Positions 24,931 through 40,758 are shown, counted from the first letter of the stretch. The stretch is 64,000 bases of DNA from Octopus vulgaris (GCA_951406725.2 OX597826.1:248001-312000); one strand, 5' to 3'. Notes: a model not told the origin generated them from the sequence alone. Numbers and translations: made by a program.

Positions 24931-25934
24931 GCATATATGGGTGCAGCACGTCACCAACGGTGCAAATAAGATGACATACGTAAACAAACGAGAGTAAAAC
25001 GAGTGAAATTCGTAAAGAACGAAAAGAATGGCAAACAGGACAAGTTAACAAAAAGAAAGGACACTTCATCAGTTGTCAGCTGTCTATCTACTCATCGTTG
25101 TTTCAAGCATTCAACGATAATAATTTATGCTCCTATAAATTCTAAAATAAAATTTAGGATTTATGGAGGGTCAAAAGTTGGGAACAAAAAATGACAGTGG
25201 AGACATACAAAGAAACCGAACAAGAAAAAACATGGAGGGTCGTTAGACCAGAACGAGATGAAAATAGTGAACGCCGGGAGAAACGTATTTTTTTAAAAGA
25301 GAGAAGACAGAAAAGAGAGAGAGAGAGAGAAACACGTTCGCTCGTTTAAACGTCAGTGCAGGGAAAAGAAGATGGTCACGTGAGGAAAAGGAATATGGAC
25401 GATGGTCACGTGTGAGCAACGGGAGAGAGAGTGAGAGAGAGAAATAGAAAGAGGGGAGAAAGAGAGGGAGAGAAGAAACAGGGACAATTGAAGAAGGGGA
25501 ATATTCCTTGTGTTGTGTCTTATACTCTGTTTTTTTCGTTCTTTGAAAAAAAGTTCGTTTCTATTTTTTGTTTTTATGTTTTCGTTTCTCATTGTGTTCC
25601 ACGTTTTTTGATGTCCTGTACCCATATATCCACGCATATATACATGTATATGCAGGTATGTACATATATGTATATATGCATATATTTATATATTATTTAT
25701 ATCATATATATATATATAGTTTTAAATCTCTGACTGAGAACGATGTAGTAACAATACTGGATAGGATTATATTACTTCTTTTTGACCCCAGGCAAACATC
25801 CTTTCCGGTTGATTTATCGACACATGATCTTTGTTCTAGATATACTGTAAGCAAGGGGGTTCACAGCTCCCTTCTGTGTCTAGGACACAGATCATGTGTC
25901 AATAAACCAGCTGGAAAAGATACTTTCCTGGAGT

Positions 25935-26553
25935 TAAAAGTTGTAGCATAGTCCTATTCAGGATATATGCTATCAATCTTTACACCAACATCCCACATGA
26001 CTACGGAAGAAAAGCAATCAAATTCTGGTTGGAAAAGTATACCGAAGTACTTTTGGAACACATAAATCAGATCTTTATTATTGGATCTTTCAAATTTAAT
26101 CTTCAGCACAATTATTTCCTATTTGATGACACCTACTATCGTCAAAAATGTGGAATTGCGATGGAAACGAAAGCAGCCCCTGTTCTTGCGAACCTAATAA
26201 TGGGATATTTTGAATTCCCCATATACGAAGTGTCATTGCAGAATTATGGTTATCCATTTCACCATTATATAAGAGAAAACTGGAAAAGATACCTGGATGA
26301 CTGTTTTATCATTTGGAAGGAGACCATTGATAAACTTCAGGAATTCAAATCCATACTAAATGATATAAACCATAACATTTAATTAGCAATGGAATATAAC
26401 AGAGAACAGCTCCCATTTTTGGATGTTATGATAAAAAATGTCAACAACCAAATTATAACTGACATCTATCATAAACCAACGGACTCGAAACAATATCTCC
26501 TTTTTAGCTCATGCCACTCGACACACATCAAAATAAATATTCCTTTTAATTTG
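25935..26553 (+). pseudogene. Penelope-like element reverse transcriptase fragment
   Basis: NLYTNIPH, YYRQKCGIAMET..APVLANLIM, WKRYLDDCF, LPFLDV, DIYHKPTD..QYL..SSCH; one in-frame stop. Confidence 0.88.
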
Positions 26554-27232
26554 ACATTGAGCTGCTGCTGTCCTAAGATCCGAGAAAAAGAGATACAGTT
26601 CTTGTATTCCTCTGTGAATGTGTGTTCACTCACGGTGTTGCCATCGTGGTAGTTGTTGTTGCTATTGCATCGTTGGCACCGCCGCTGCTGCTGACGTTAT
26701 TAGTTGTGTTGTTGACATTGTTATGGCCGTCCATGAAATTTCATGTGTTTGCGTTTATGTGTGTGTGCATAGGTTCGCTTCGTATGTTGTATGTATCCAT
26801 TCCCTTCGTATAGTTTTATTTACTTATTTTATATATCTTTATGCTTTATATTTATCACAGTTATGCGACAGATATATTTATATATTTATCTATTTGTCTA
26901 TATATATATTCATTTATTTGTCTATATAGTTATTTATTTATTATTGTTTTTTATACATCTATTTCTATTTCGCATAAGTATCACAGGTAAGTGAATATAT
27001 GTATATTGTGTGTGTATTACCCTGTTTCTGTGTATTATTTACGCTTTTTTGTTTTTTCTCCTCTCTCTTCTCATCCCTACTGTCTTTAGTCATGTGGTGT
27101 GATGTGGTGGTGGATATTCTGCTCCCTTCGTGCTTTCTATTGAGGCCCGGTCTCTCTACTGTTATGTGTGTAGCCTCTGTAATCTAAGTGTTGTGTCAGT
27201 TCTTTGTTTCGATAGTACTTTAACCCCTGCTA

Positions 27233-27442
27233 TTAATCGAGCCTACATGCTTTGCCTGAGCATGTTGGTAGAGCATTGACGAGCTTTCCTTCTTTGAGCT
27301 CTCGCCAATGATCACCTATACGCTCTCCTGTGCTGCGTGCAGTCTCTCCAATGTAGATAATTGTCATGTTTCTGCACCGCCCTTCAGTACATCGTAAGCT
27401 ATACACTACATCCCTAACCTTACAGTTAACCTGTGGATTCAT
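27233..27442 (-). pseudogene. Penelope-like GIY-YIG endonuclease fragment
   Basis: NCKVRDVVYSLRC..GRC...YIGETARSTGERIGDH. Confidence 0.85.
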
Positions 27443-27937
27443 CCTACATACAGCACAAGTCTACTCCGTAAGGGGTACTTACCAAAGGGATAGGTATTGC
27501 AGATGAGGGATTTTTCGGATCTTAGGATAGCAGCAGCACAATGGGGTGAGAGGATAGAACTGAGGGGAAGGCACACTGCTGCTAAAAACTATGACACACA
27601 CACATACATATCCCCCCACACACACGCGCATAAACAAACAGTGACACAAACGCATGTGCACATAAGGATACACATCCTACAAGAAAAGAATGGAGTAAGT
27701 AGAACAAGAACACATACGAAAACGAAAGGTTTCGCTATGAAGAGGTCACAGATATGTGACGAAAGATTTCCGGACAATGGACATGAGTTAAAATATTAAA
27801 ATAAGAAAAGTAATAAACGAGTGAAGAAAAATATACAGTGCGTGTGTTTATTTGGCAAAAACAAATGACAATCCCATAATATAACAATATCTGTTTCAAC
27901 ATAAGATTTCACATCAGGAATCTTGCAAAACGAACTG

Positions 27938-27999
<62 letters not shown>

Positions 28000-28228
28000 T
28001 ATTTTATACATCTATAATTTTATAGAAGAGTTATTTGCACCATTCTTTCATGGACCTACGCGCATTTCAAGGACATCAACTGTAAACTGTGACGTGCATA
28101 TTTTGGTGTTACTGTAGATGGAGTTTCTTCAAAGTCTGTTCTTTTTGTGTATGTGTGTGTGTGTGTATGAGTGGATAGTCGAAAATATGTGTCACTCATC
28201 ACAATTGGTAGAATATACATATATTATT

Positions 28229-28572
28229 GAAGGCGCATGGCTCAGTGGTTAGAGCGATGAGCTTACGATTAACGTGAGGTTGTGAGCTCGAATCCTTGGA
28301 CCGGCTGCGTGTTGTGTTCTTGAGCAAGGCACTTTATTTCACGTTGCTCCAGTTCACTCAGCTGTAAATGAGTTGCGACGTCACTGGGTGCCAAGCTGTA
28401 TCGACCTTTGTCTTTTCCCCTTGGATAACACTGGTGGCGTGGAGAGGGGAAGCTGGTATGCATGGGCGACTGCTGGTCTTCCATAAACAACCTTGCCCGG
28501 ACTTGTGTTCTAGGAGGGTAACTTTCTAGGTGCAATCCCATGGTCATACATCGAAGGGGGTCTTTACCCCTT
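28229..28572 (+). mobile_element. tRNA-derived SINE family B
   Basis: A box tggctcagtgg, B box gctcgaatcc, tttaccc tail; matches 61988-62330. Confidence 0.85.
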
Positions 28573-28684
28573 ACATATATTATTAATAAGAATCTGGTTT
28601 AACTTTGTGCAACTTAACATTTCGAAAGTTCGTTTTACGAGCTTACGAAACATCTGTTACATGGAGTCAAATCCAGTTGTTTTT

Positions 28685-28742
<58 letters not shown>

Positions 28743-29449
28743 CACACACATACATACATACACACACACACATAGTAGTTGCTTTCGTAAACGAGCAAAG
28801 CCATTGCTAGAAAGAATCATTGAAATGAGTCATTGATGATGCAAATGTGAGGCCCTTGAATGACTCTTGACTCTACCTTTGTAAGATTCTGTTGCATAAT
28901 GCACCACTGTGGTGGCTAGCAGAGGGAGCAGGTTCCACAGTAGAATTCTTTGATATGCTTTTCAATCCTCCAACTGAAACACACACCTTTCCATAGGTTG
29001 CACGTGTTCTGTATATACACATATATACATACGAATATATTTGTCACTTTTACTATACACACTCGTCCAATCACCAACAATTAAGACTTGAAAGCAGGCC
29101 AAAGCAGAAACTCATCAGAAACTGTACTGATTTAACTCTGTTACTGTGGATGCATGGAAAGCCACATATCTATAACTGAGGACGAGGTATCGTGGTTTAA
29201 ATTCCATAATGATGTCATCATGCACACAAAATGAGAACGACAAACAAACAAAACTTAACGTTTAGAGAATATTTATATTAGCATAAATATAAATATCTCG
29301 GAACCGGTTAGTTGATAGAGTTTCCTGATCGTGGTGCTAAATTAACAACGAGTAATTAACAGCTAATTAACAGTAATTAACACACACAAGCACACGCACA
29401 CATATATATATAGATATATGTGCACAAAATAACGGAAACACCTAGCATC

Positions 29450-29750
29450 ATCTATATATATAAAACTGTGTGTCTGTTCTGTGTGAACTCAAAACTTGAG
29501 AACTACACAACCAATTTCATTCAAATTTTACACATGCCTTACTTAGGGTCCATGTAGTGTCATGGGCAAAAAATGTTTTAACTTCTTGCCTAGGCGAACC
29601 CACAGCAATATCATATCTTCTCCACTATTTCAGTATTATTTAGTCAAAAGTTAAAACAAACATCTCTCTATTGTAATGTCAAATGCTTTCACTTTAATAG
29701 TGGTTTCTTGAACTGAAAGTGAACATCCTTCTTATATGTATGTTATATAA
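29450..29750 (+). repeat. Possible non-autonomous Helitron-like repeat
   Basis: Starts atctatatatataaaa, then a gtgtgtctgt microsatellite and ccaatttcattcaaatttt. Confidence 0.35.
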
Positions 29751-30121
29751 TTTTTCTGAAACTTCAGACTTTTCAATATGCTCCACCACTGGTTTTAAAT
29801 TGATATTAATCATATTAATATTAAACTTTTTCACCCTTATTATTTTAAATATAAATTTACATATATATATATATATATATATCAGTAACAATAAAGGGTG
29901 AAATTAATTAATTTGGAATAATTATCAATTACACCAAGTAGATTTCGGCATGTAAAAGCCCCATTCGAGGAAAATTTATAATACTAGGTGCAAGGGTTTA
30001 GCAACGAATTGCCTCACCAACACACCGAATTTAGAAATAGCAGTCAAAGAGATATAGCTATTCCTTCTACTAAAAGCGGGGATCTCAGTAAAACACAGCA
30101 CTTGAAAGGCAACACAGACAG

Positions 30122-30680
30122 TAAATGACCACAGCATTTTGTCTTGGCTACACGCGGGGTGGGCTGGTGACACAAACTTTCATTCACACTTTGAATTTCG
30201 TGGTACTGGTCATGCTTTGGCTCGCTCTGACACTGAGTTGAGATAATGCCTTCTAGTATCTCAAAATTTAATATACAATTATTCATAATTGTAGTATCCT
30301 GCGTACGATGAGAAAGAAGTTTGGGTAAGGTAGAATTTTCTAATTCTTATGCTTTTCCTAAAACTTGATTTCGAAACGTACGTCCGTAGGTAACTTAAAA
30401 TTGTATGATAGATTGCCGTCATTTCATTCTTTCTTTCTTACCTGTCTGTGTTTGCCTTTCAAGTGCTGTGTTTTTACTGAGATCCCCTTTAGTAGAAGGA
30501 ATAGCTATATCTCTTTGACTGCTATTTCTAAATTCGGTGTGTTGGTGAGGCAATTCGTTGCTAAACCCTTAATTACTTAGTATTACTTAAATTTTCCTCG
30601 AATGGGGCTTTTACATGCCGAAATCTACTTGGTGTAATTGATAATTATTCCAAATTAATTAATTTCACCCTTTATTGTTA

Positions 30681-30683
<3 letters not shown>
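30122..30683 (+). mobile_element. Hammerhead-bearing PLE pLTR-like unit at the centre of a large palindrome
   Basis: Same family as 3035-3432; 30442-30683 is mirrored at 29882-30121. Confidence 0.75.
30298..30390 (+). ncRNA. Type I hammerhead ribozyme (core reads TACGATGA here, probably a base-call error; see 42731)
   Basis: CCTGCG-..GATGA-GAAA...TTTC-GAAA-CGTACG-TC^CGTAGG. Confidence 0.65.
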
Positions 30684-30732
<49 letters not shown>

Positions 30733-31846
30733 AATTTATATTTAAAATAATAAGGGTGAAAAGTTTAATATTAATATGATTAATATCAATTTAAAACCAG
30801 TGGTGGAGCATATTGAAAAGTCTGAAGTTTCAGAAAAATTATATAACATACATATAAGAAGGATGTTCACTTTCAGTTCGTTACCATTAAAGTGAAAGCA
30901 TTTGACATTACAATAGAGAGATGTTTTTGTTTCACTTTTGACTCGTAATACTGAAATAGTGGAGAAGATAGATATTGCTGTGGGTTCGCCCTAGGCAAGA
31001 AGTTAAACATTTTTTGCCCATGACACTACATGGACCCTAAGTAAGGTATGTGTGTAAAATTTGAATGAAATTGGTTGTGTAGTTCTCAAGTTTTAGGGAT
31101 TCACACAGACAGACACACAGTTTTATATATATAGATGATGCTAGGTGTTTCCGTTATTTGTGCACATATATCTATATATATATGTGTGCGTGTGCTTGTG
31201 TGTGTGTTAATTACTGTTAATTAGCTGTTAATTACTCGTTGTTAATTTAGCACCACGATCAAAGGAAAACCTCTATCAACTAACCGGTTCCGAGATATTT
31301 ATATTTATGCTAATATAAATATTCTCTCTAAACGTTAAGTTTTGTTTGTTTGTCGTTCTCATTTTGTGTGCATGATGACATCATTATGGAATTTAAACCC
31401 GATACCTCGTCCTCAAAGTTATAGATATGTGCTTTCCATGCATCCCACAGTAACAGAGTTAAATCAGTACAGTTTCTGATGAGTTTCTGCTTTGGCCTGC
31501 TTTCAAGTCTTAATTGTTGGTGATTGGACGAGTGTATAGTAACGAAGTGACAAATATATTCTGTATGTATATATGTGTATATACAGAACACGTGCAACCT
31601 ATGGAAAGGTGTGTGTTTCAGTTGGAGGATTGAAAAAAGCATATCAAAAGAATTCTACTGTGGAACCTGCTCCTCTGCCAGCCACCACAGTGGTGCATTA
31701 GGCAACAGAATGTGCAAATCTTTAGCCGGAGTCAAGAGTCATTCAAGGGCCTCACATTGCATCATCAATGACTCATTTCAATGATTCTTTCTAGCAATGG
31801 CTTTGCTCGTTTACGAGAAAGCAGCTACTATGTGTGTGTGTGTGTA

Positions 31847-31924
<78 letters not shown>

Positions 31925-32035
31925 AAAAACAACTGGATTTGACTCCATGTAACGATGTTTCGTAGGCTCGTAAAACGAACTTTCGAAATGTTAAGTTGCA
32001 CAAAGTTAAACCAGATTCTTATTAATAATATATGT

Positions 32036-32373
32036 AAGGGGTAAAGACCCCCTTCATGAATGACCATGGGATTGCACCTAGAAAGTTACCCTCCTAGACA
32101 CAAGTCCGGGCAAGGTTGTTTATGGAAGACCAGCAGTCGCCCATGCATACCAGCTTCCCCTCTCCACGCCACCAGTGTTATCCAAGGGAAAGACAAAGGT
32201 CGATACAGCTTGGCACCAGTGACGTCGCAACTCATTTCTACAGCTGAGTGAACTGGAGCAACGTGAAATAAAGTGCCTTGCTCAAGAACACAACACGCAG
32301 CCCGGTCCGGGATTCGAGCTCACAACCTCACGATCGTAAGCTCGTCGCTCTAACCACTGAGCCATGCGCCTTC
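32036..32373 (-). mobile_element. SINE family B (mirror of 28229)
   Basis: Reverse complement of 28229-28572. Confidence 0.85.
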
Positions 32374-32678
32374 AATAATATATGTATATTCTACTAATTG
32401 TGATGAGTGACACATTTTTCGACTATCCACTCATACACACACACACACATACACAAAAAGAAAACGCACAATTATTTATAGTAGCACCAACACCTAAAAG
32501 ACACTATTCATTCAGCTTCAAGATTTCTTCAGTAAATAACAGATTTTGAAGAAACTCCATCCACAGTAACACCAAAATATGCACGTCACAGTTTACAGTT
32601 GATGTCCTTGAAATGCGCGTAGGTCCATGAAAGAATGGTGCAAATAACTCTTCTATAAAATTATAGATGTATAAAATA

Positions 32679-32748
<70 letters not shown>

Positions 32749-35567
32749 CAGTTCGTTTTGCAAGATTCCTGATGTGAAATCTTATGTTGAAACAGATATT
32801 GTTATATTATGGGATTGTCATTTGTTTTTGCCAAATAAACACACGCACTGTATATTTTTCTTCACTCGTTTATTACTTTTCTTATTTTAATATTTTAACT
32901 CATGTCCATTGTCCGAAATCTTCGTCACATATCTGTGACCTCTTCAGCGAAACCTTTCGTTTTCGTATGTGTTCTTGTTCTACTTACTTCATTCTTTTCT
33001 TGTAGGATGTGTATCCTTATGTACATGCGTTTGTGTCACTGTTTGTTTATGCGCGTGTGTGTGGGGGGATATGTATGTGTGTGTGTCATAGTTTTTAGCA
33101 GCAGTGTGCCTTCCTCAGTTCTATCCTCTCACCCCATTGTGCTGCTGCTATCCTAAGATCCGAAAAAATCCCTCATCTGCAATACCTATCCTTGGTAAGT
33201 ACTCTTACGGAGTAGACTTGTGCTGTATGTAGGATGAATCCACAGGTTAACTGTAAGGTTAGGGATGTAGTGTATAGCTTATGATGTACTGAAGGGCGGT
33301 GCAAAAGCATGACAATTATCTACATTTTGGAGAGACTGCACGCAGCACAGGAGAGCGTATAGGTGATCTTGGCCAGAGCTCAAAGAAGGGAAAGCTCGTC
33401 AATGCTCTACCAACATGCTCAGTGCAAAGCATGTAGGCTGATTAATAGAGGAAATTGAAACATGACAATTATTACAATAGCCAAGATAAGAGACTCAACG
33501 GTCGGAGCAGAAATCCACCACCACATCACCATCTGATAAAACGTAGGGATGAGATTATATGAGAGTGTGAGGCTAGCTGTTTGTCTGAGGGTAATTTAAC
33601 ACACAATATAAATATATTCACTTACCTTATATTTTTAAAAGTGTTGCAATAATATAAATCATATAGACAAATAAAGGAATTATATAGACAAATAGATAAA
33701 TTTTATCTGTATAACTTATAAATATAAAGCAGATATATTAAGTAAATATATATAGATATATATATAATATATATACAACATGAATATTAGAAACAATAAA
33801 TTTCAGATCATACAACACAATAAAATGGCAGTCACCGGTGCCAATATAAGTGAACAAAATAGATGGCAAATAGTGAATTAAGAGGTAAAGATGTATATTT
33901 AGGAAAGCAGCCGCAAGGAATATTTATTTTGATGTATATGGCTAAAAACAGATATTGTTTATTCCTTCGGTATGAAACAGATAATTTGGTTGCTGACACA
34001 AACATAAAAATACTGTCCTTATACTTGACAATTATTTTGGTTTTACATAGAAATTTACCAAATAATTGTTGGTTACATGATAAAACCACAGGATTATTTA
34101 CCATTTTTATTGTATTACCATGTGGAAACCATAACTGCAGAATCGTATATGGGGAATTCAAAAACCCATTATTACGTTAGCATCTGCGTTCCCCCCACTA
34201 TTTTTGGTCAGAAGTAGGTGGTGGCATATGAATAAAGCGCTGAAGAAAATTCAAACTCCTTTTATTATATGTGAAAAGTACCGGTATACTAACCAGATTT
34301 AGCTTTTCCCAGTATGTGGGATGTTCAAAGATTATATATATTGTGGTATGCACATTTTTAACTCCAATTCTTTTCGGTATTAACAGCTCGCTGCTAGCCA
34401 ACTTATTCTTATATTCTGAACAAAGATTAGTGTCGTATCAACCAAATGTTTGCCCAAAGGTAATATAATTACCATATGACATTTCCATAGAGATTTCAAT
34501 AATATATTAATTATTTATTGCTATATATATAGACATCGAATTACATTATATATCTGATAACTGTGACATCAAATGGAAACATAAAAGAAAAATCAAAAAA
34601 TAGGATGAAGAAGGAAACGCACAAACATGAAATTTTTTATGTATGTCCTGTATGTTTGTATAACATTTCTCCTCCATCTTTTGGTAAGTGATGAATTCCT
34701 ACCAACACTTCTTTTTGTGACAACACAGAAGGGAAGCTGTCTCTTTATCTTTGTTTCTCAAAAAAAAAAAGTTTTGACTGCTATTTCTATCTCGTTCTCA
34801 GTTAAGAAGCTCGCTTTGTAGCATGATTTTTATTTACTATATACTGAACTTACAAATCTAAATTTTATTTTAGTTTTAGACATAAATTTACTTAATGTGC
34901 AACATGAAAAACAGGAAATATTTCCTTTTTTTGTATTGACCATGTTTCCATTCCTCATTCTTTCGATTTCATCTTTTACTCTCGTTTGTTTACTTTCACT
35001 TACACCGTTCTTGCACCCATATATGATGATATATATTTATTTTATATTTAAAGAAATATGTTTCGTATAAGACCTCTCTCTCTATGTATATATGTATTAT
35101 TACCTGCAAACGCTTTCGATAACACGGCTGACTATTCATATTCGCTTCGGTCAAGAACGACCCTCGCAAGGTTCGTTTCTTGGAATCTCCGAAATGGAGC
35201 CCCAAAGGAAAATATAAGCCAAGCGCATTAGATTCCTTGGAAATCGAATATATACAAAACAAGGACGGGAAAATGGACGATGTTACACCAATAAGAATAC
35301 AAAAATACGTAAAAACAATAATAACAAAGACAGGAAGTCACAGACAGGCGTCTTTCGACAGGACGAGTAAACTTTTTGAGCTGGCGCATTAGAAAAATGC
35401 CTTGGGGGCAAAGAGAGAAAAACATGTGTCTTGCCGCGACGGCTGCTAACCATGAAAAGGCCGGCAGTCGGTCAGTTAGTCACGTTTGAGGAGAAGAGTG
35501 AGGAAAAGAGGGACAGATGAAGAGACAAAAAAGGGGAACAAGGAACAAAGGAGGAGGAGAAGAGAGG

Positions 35568-35599
<32 letters not shown>

Positions 35600-35828
35600 C
35601 AGATCAAAGTGGAGTGCAAAGTAAAGTAGAAAAGCAGAGAAATGTAGGGGAGGGGGGAGAGAGAGACAGTGTTATAGAGTCGTACCAAGTTTAAAGAAAT
35701 ATGTACTTACATATAAGACCAAAAAGGGAAGAAAAATGGAACAAGAACGCGCTGCCGCGTATAGAACTCCCGATCGTAAGATCGTGAATTCAATAGTCTA
35801 ACCACTAAGCCTGGCACCTCGCGCGTAG

Positions 35829-35864
<36 letters not shown>

Positions 35865-36147
35865 TACAATCACATATATGCAGGTACAAATACATGCAAA
35901 CACACAAGCACGTACACACAAATATACAATCACATACATACAAGTACGCAAACACACACACACACACACACTCATTTATATATCGCTGGTATGCACCATT
36001 ATTAATTGCACCGTGATTTCAGAGACAGATGGCGGTGACAAGAAAGTGTTGGTTTTCTGTTGACTAATAGCACCGTTTTGTATATGAAACAAAGAATTTT
36101 TTTTTTAAATGGAGGCAGGAGCTTTCGAACTGAAAATGTGAACATGT

Positions 36148-36523
36148 GGCACAGAAGTGGCTGTGTGGTAAGTAGCTTGCTTACCAACCACATGGTTCCT
36201 GGTTCAGTCCCATTGTGTGGCACCTTGGGCAGAGGTCTTCCATATAGCCTCGGGCCGACCAAAGCCTTGTGAGTGGATTTGGTAGACGGAAACTGAAAGA
36301 AGCCTGTCGTATATGTGTGTGTGTGTGTGTGTGTCTGTGTTTGACCCTCCAACATCGCTTGACAACTGATGGTGGTGTGTTTACGTCCCCGTAACTTAGC
36401 GGTTCGGGAAAAGGGATAGAATAAGTACTAGGCTTACAAAGAATAAGTCCTGGGGTTGGATTGCAGACTAAAGACGGTGCTCCAGCATGGCTGCAGTCAA
36501 ATGACTGAAACAAGCAAAAGAGT

Positions 36524-36525
<2 letters not shown>
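36148..36525 (+). mobile_element. SINE family A (mirror of 23328)
   Basis: Reverse complement of 23328-23708. Confidence 0.8.
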
Positions 36526-36558
<33 letters not shown>

Positions 36559-37859
36559 CGAGCGTGTGATTGTATGTCTGCCTGCGTGATACATAAGTCA
36601 TAGATTGTATAGTTATTAAAGTTATGTACATAAGGTGAGTGAGCGTCCACGTAATGAGGTCATTATATTAAAGTTAATGTACTCAGGTGGAACAATAAGT
36701 GTAGACACAATAACATCTGCACATTGCAATCTAGAATACCTGATGTCACCTAATATCCATTGTCATCATTATCACCACCACGCCCTCTACCGACGTCATT
36801 GCCATTGTGCTAATGCTAGCGTCACCACCACCGCTGCCTGCAACCACTTCGCCACCACATCTATCATTGCTCCCGGCTCCGCATATCAATGACGTCGGTA
36901 GAGGGCGTGGTGGTGATAATGATGACAATGGATATTAGGTGATATCAGGTATTCTAGATTTCAATGTGCAGATGTTATTTAGAACTTGCTATTGATCCAT
37001 ACTCCTGCGTCACATATTTACTTATTTATTATTTTGACTGCGTCACATATTTAGAGTGGCTGTGTGTAAGTTTGGATTTTCCTGGTTCAGTCCCAGTGTA
37101 TGTGCACAAGAGTTATATGGGACCAAAGCCTTGTGAGTGTGGTAGAGTCTGAAACATGCCAGCACCACATGAAGTGGCTGACTTCGACCCTCCACATCGC
37201 TTACTCTATCGGGCGATAGAGTCTCCACTAGAGCCTCGGGTACGTACACAATAGAATAACACAGGCTACAAAAGTCCTGTTGGTTAATTTCTCACTGTAG
37301 GACGGCATATCCCAGCATGGCGTCGTGACCTGGTGAAACATAAACATAGCGTGAGGTGTGGTGTCTGTGATATACATTTAAATTAACAAGGAAAAAGAGA
37401 TTAGAAAAGAAAGAAGTTATTAAATTCTATGTTGACAATGTCTTTATGATCTTGACAAAGCGTATGTCATTGTTATTGTATAGTTATTGAGGTGTACAGT
37501 AAGACCTCAATATTATGTAAATGAGCATTATCTGTACATAATGCGCAACAATACCGTTGTATGCAGGTGGTCCACCACCACCACACTGCAATCTAAAAAC
37601 CTGATTGTCACCTAATCATTGAGTTGTGTTATCACCAGCACACCCTCTACCGAGTCATTATTGTGTAATTAGCGTCACCACCACCACCACATCATACCAA
37701 AATCGTTGCGTGGCTCCGCATAATATTCAATGACGTCGGTAGAAGGCGTGGTGGTGATAATGATGATTTGGATTGTAATTATAATTTTACAGATGTACAT
37801 ATATTATTATTATTATATATTATATATTTTATTTATATTTACTTATATTATTATTATTA

Positions 37860-37906
<47 letters not shown>

Positions 37907-37979
37907 TATATTTTATTTTATTTATTATAGCGTGCTTATATATTATTATTCTGTATATATATATATGTTTGTTTTTTTT

Positions 37980-38079
<100 letters not shown>

Positions 38080-38174
38080 TTTTTTTTGTTTTTTTTTTTT
38101 TTTTCTAGATTTTTTTTTTTTTTTAATATTTTTTGATTTTTTTATTATTATTATTATTATTTTTTTTTTTATTA

Positions 38175-38217
<43 letters not shown>

Positions 38218-38328
38218 TTTTATTATTATTATTATTATATTGCTTGATTTTTTATGTTTTATATATTTTATATCTTTTATTATATTTATATATATATATA
38301 TTTTTTTTTATTTTTTTTATTTTTTTTT

Positions 38329-38554
<226 letters not shown>

Positions 38555-39069
38555 ATTATATATTATTATTTTATTATTATTATTATTATTTTTTATTTTT
38601 TATATATTTAGTGAAACCAAAACATATTTTATATTATATTTATTTTTTATATATTTTGTCGTATTTATATATATATTTATATATATATAATATATATATA
38701 AAAAATAAATATATATTTATATATATATATATATTTAAAAATATATAAGATTACAAAAGAACACAAAGAGAAAAAAATGTAAATAGACCCCATAAATCCC
38801 AACAACATTCACACACAAAACAAAAGCGTAACACAAATAGCCCGCAACCTTCAATCTCCACTTATAAAAATGGAAAAAACGGTCTTTGACTGCCATTTCT
38901 AATTCCTTCGGTATGAGGCGAAACAGCCGCTGCTAGCCAACTTTTTTTTATATATATTTTATAAAAAACAATTTTATTTTTTATTTTATATAATTTTCTT
39001 TATTTTAATTATATGAAAAAAAAAACAATTATTTATTTTTTTTATATAATATTAATATTATTTTATTAT

Positions 39070-39109
<40 letters not shown>

Positions 39110-39267
39110 TATATATATATATATGTCTGCGCATATAGAATCTGATGTCGCTGGTTTCACCAAAGAAAAATAAGGGCTGATGGAATTTGATAAGAGCTGA
39201 ATATAGCGCTGAAGGAATTCAAAGACCGTTTTTTCCATTTCTATAAGTGTTTGAGATTCCAAAAACG

Positions 39268-40758
39268 ACCGTGTTCGCTATTAACGGTAAGTGACTGAAT
39301 TCGTATATTTGCCACTCCGGTTTTGTGCATGTGAGCCGCAAGGGCCTTCGTTTTTGGAATCTCCACTTATAGAAATGGAAAAAACGGTCTTTGACTGCCA
39401 TTTCTAATTCCTTCGGTATGAGGCGAAACAGCTCGCTGCTAGCCAACTTATTTTTCTTTAATATATACTGAACCTTACAAAGGTCTTGACAATTATTTTG
39501 TCGTATTTACATACCGAAATTTACCGGTAAATAATTGTTGGTTACATGAAAAACCACAGGAAATTTATTTACCATTTTTATTGTATTACCATGTGGATTC
39601 CTCATTCCATTACGATTACCCAGAAGGCGCGCATGGCAGAATTTTGGAGGGAAAATTTACGTTCCCAGTCGTTACTTGGTTTTAGCATCTGCGCACTTCC
39701 CCCCACTATCTGATGTCGCTGGGTCAGAAGTGAGGGCTGGTGGCATTTGATAAAGCTAACGAATATAGCGCTGAAGAAGGAATTCAAACTCCCCTTTTTT
39801 TATATGTTTGTGATCCAGAAACACCGTGTTCGCTATTAACGGTAAGTGACTGAATTCGTATATTTGCCACTCCGGTTTTGTGTATGTGAGCCGCAAGGGC
39901 CTTCGTTTTTGGAATCTCCACTTATAGAAATGGAAAAAACGGTCTTTGACTGCCATTTCTAATTCCTTCGGTATGAGGCGAAACAGCTCGCTGCTAGCCA
40001 ACTTATTTTTCTTTACTATATACTGAACCTTACAAAGGTCTTGACAATTATTTTGTCGTATTTACATACCGAAATTTACCGGTAAATAATTGTTGGTTAC
40101 ATGAAAAACCACAGGAAAATTATTTACCATTTTTATTGTATTACCATGTGGATTCCTCATTCCATTACGATTACCCAGAAGGCGCGCATGGCAGAATTTT
40201 GGAGGGAAAGTTTACGTTCCCAGTCGTTACTTGGTTTTAGCATCTGCGCACTTCCCCCCACTATCTGATGTCGCTGGGTCAGAAGTGAGGGCTGGTGGCA
40301 TTTGATAAAGCTAACGAATATAGCGCTGAAGAAGGAATTCAAACTCCCCTTTTTTTATATGTTTGTGATCCAGAAACACCGTGTTCGCTATTAACGGTAA
40401 GTGACTGAATTCGTATATTTGCCACTCCGGTTTTGTGTATGTGAGCCGCAAGGGCCTTCGTTTTTGGAATCTCCACTTATAGAAATGGAAAAAACGGTCT
40501 TTGACTGCCATTTCTAATTCCTTCGGTATGAGGCGAAACAGCTCGCTGCTAGCCAACTTATTTTTCTTTACTATATACTGAACCTTACAAAGGTCTTGAC
40601 AATTATTTTGTCGTATTTACATACCGAAATTTACCGGTAAATAATTGTTGGTTACATGAAAAACCACAGGAAAATTATTTACCATTTTTATTGTATTACC
40701 ATGTGGATTCCTCATTCCATTACGATTACCCAGAAGGCGCGCATGGCAGAATTTTGGA
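39268..40758 (+). mobile_element. 555-bp hammerhead unit tandem array (~2.7 copies), running into the gap
   Basis: Reverse complement of the 18791-21314 units; hammerheads at 39765-39836 and 40320-40391. Confidence 0.88.

Larger units (their letters stand above)
30442..37030 (-). repeat. Inverted duplication of ~22820-30121, partly garbled
   Basis: Clean mirror at 30442-33440 and 35200-37030; SINEs and the GIY-YIG fragment recur in reverse order. Confidence 0.85.

Noticed and set aside
25935-27442. RT plus GIY-YIG as one autonomous Penelope element driving the 555-bp arrays
   Set aside because: The fragments are on opposite strands, truncated and separated by unrelated sequence; no autonomous partner is visible in this window
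28229-28305. tRNA gene
   Set aside because: A and B boxes are present, but the sequence continues into a repeated SINE body and has no complete cloverleaf
31465-31510. ctgatgag as a hammerhead core (also 43911)
   Set aside because: No helix II followed by GAAA and no matching helix I
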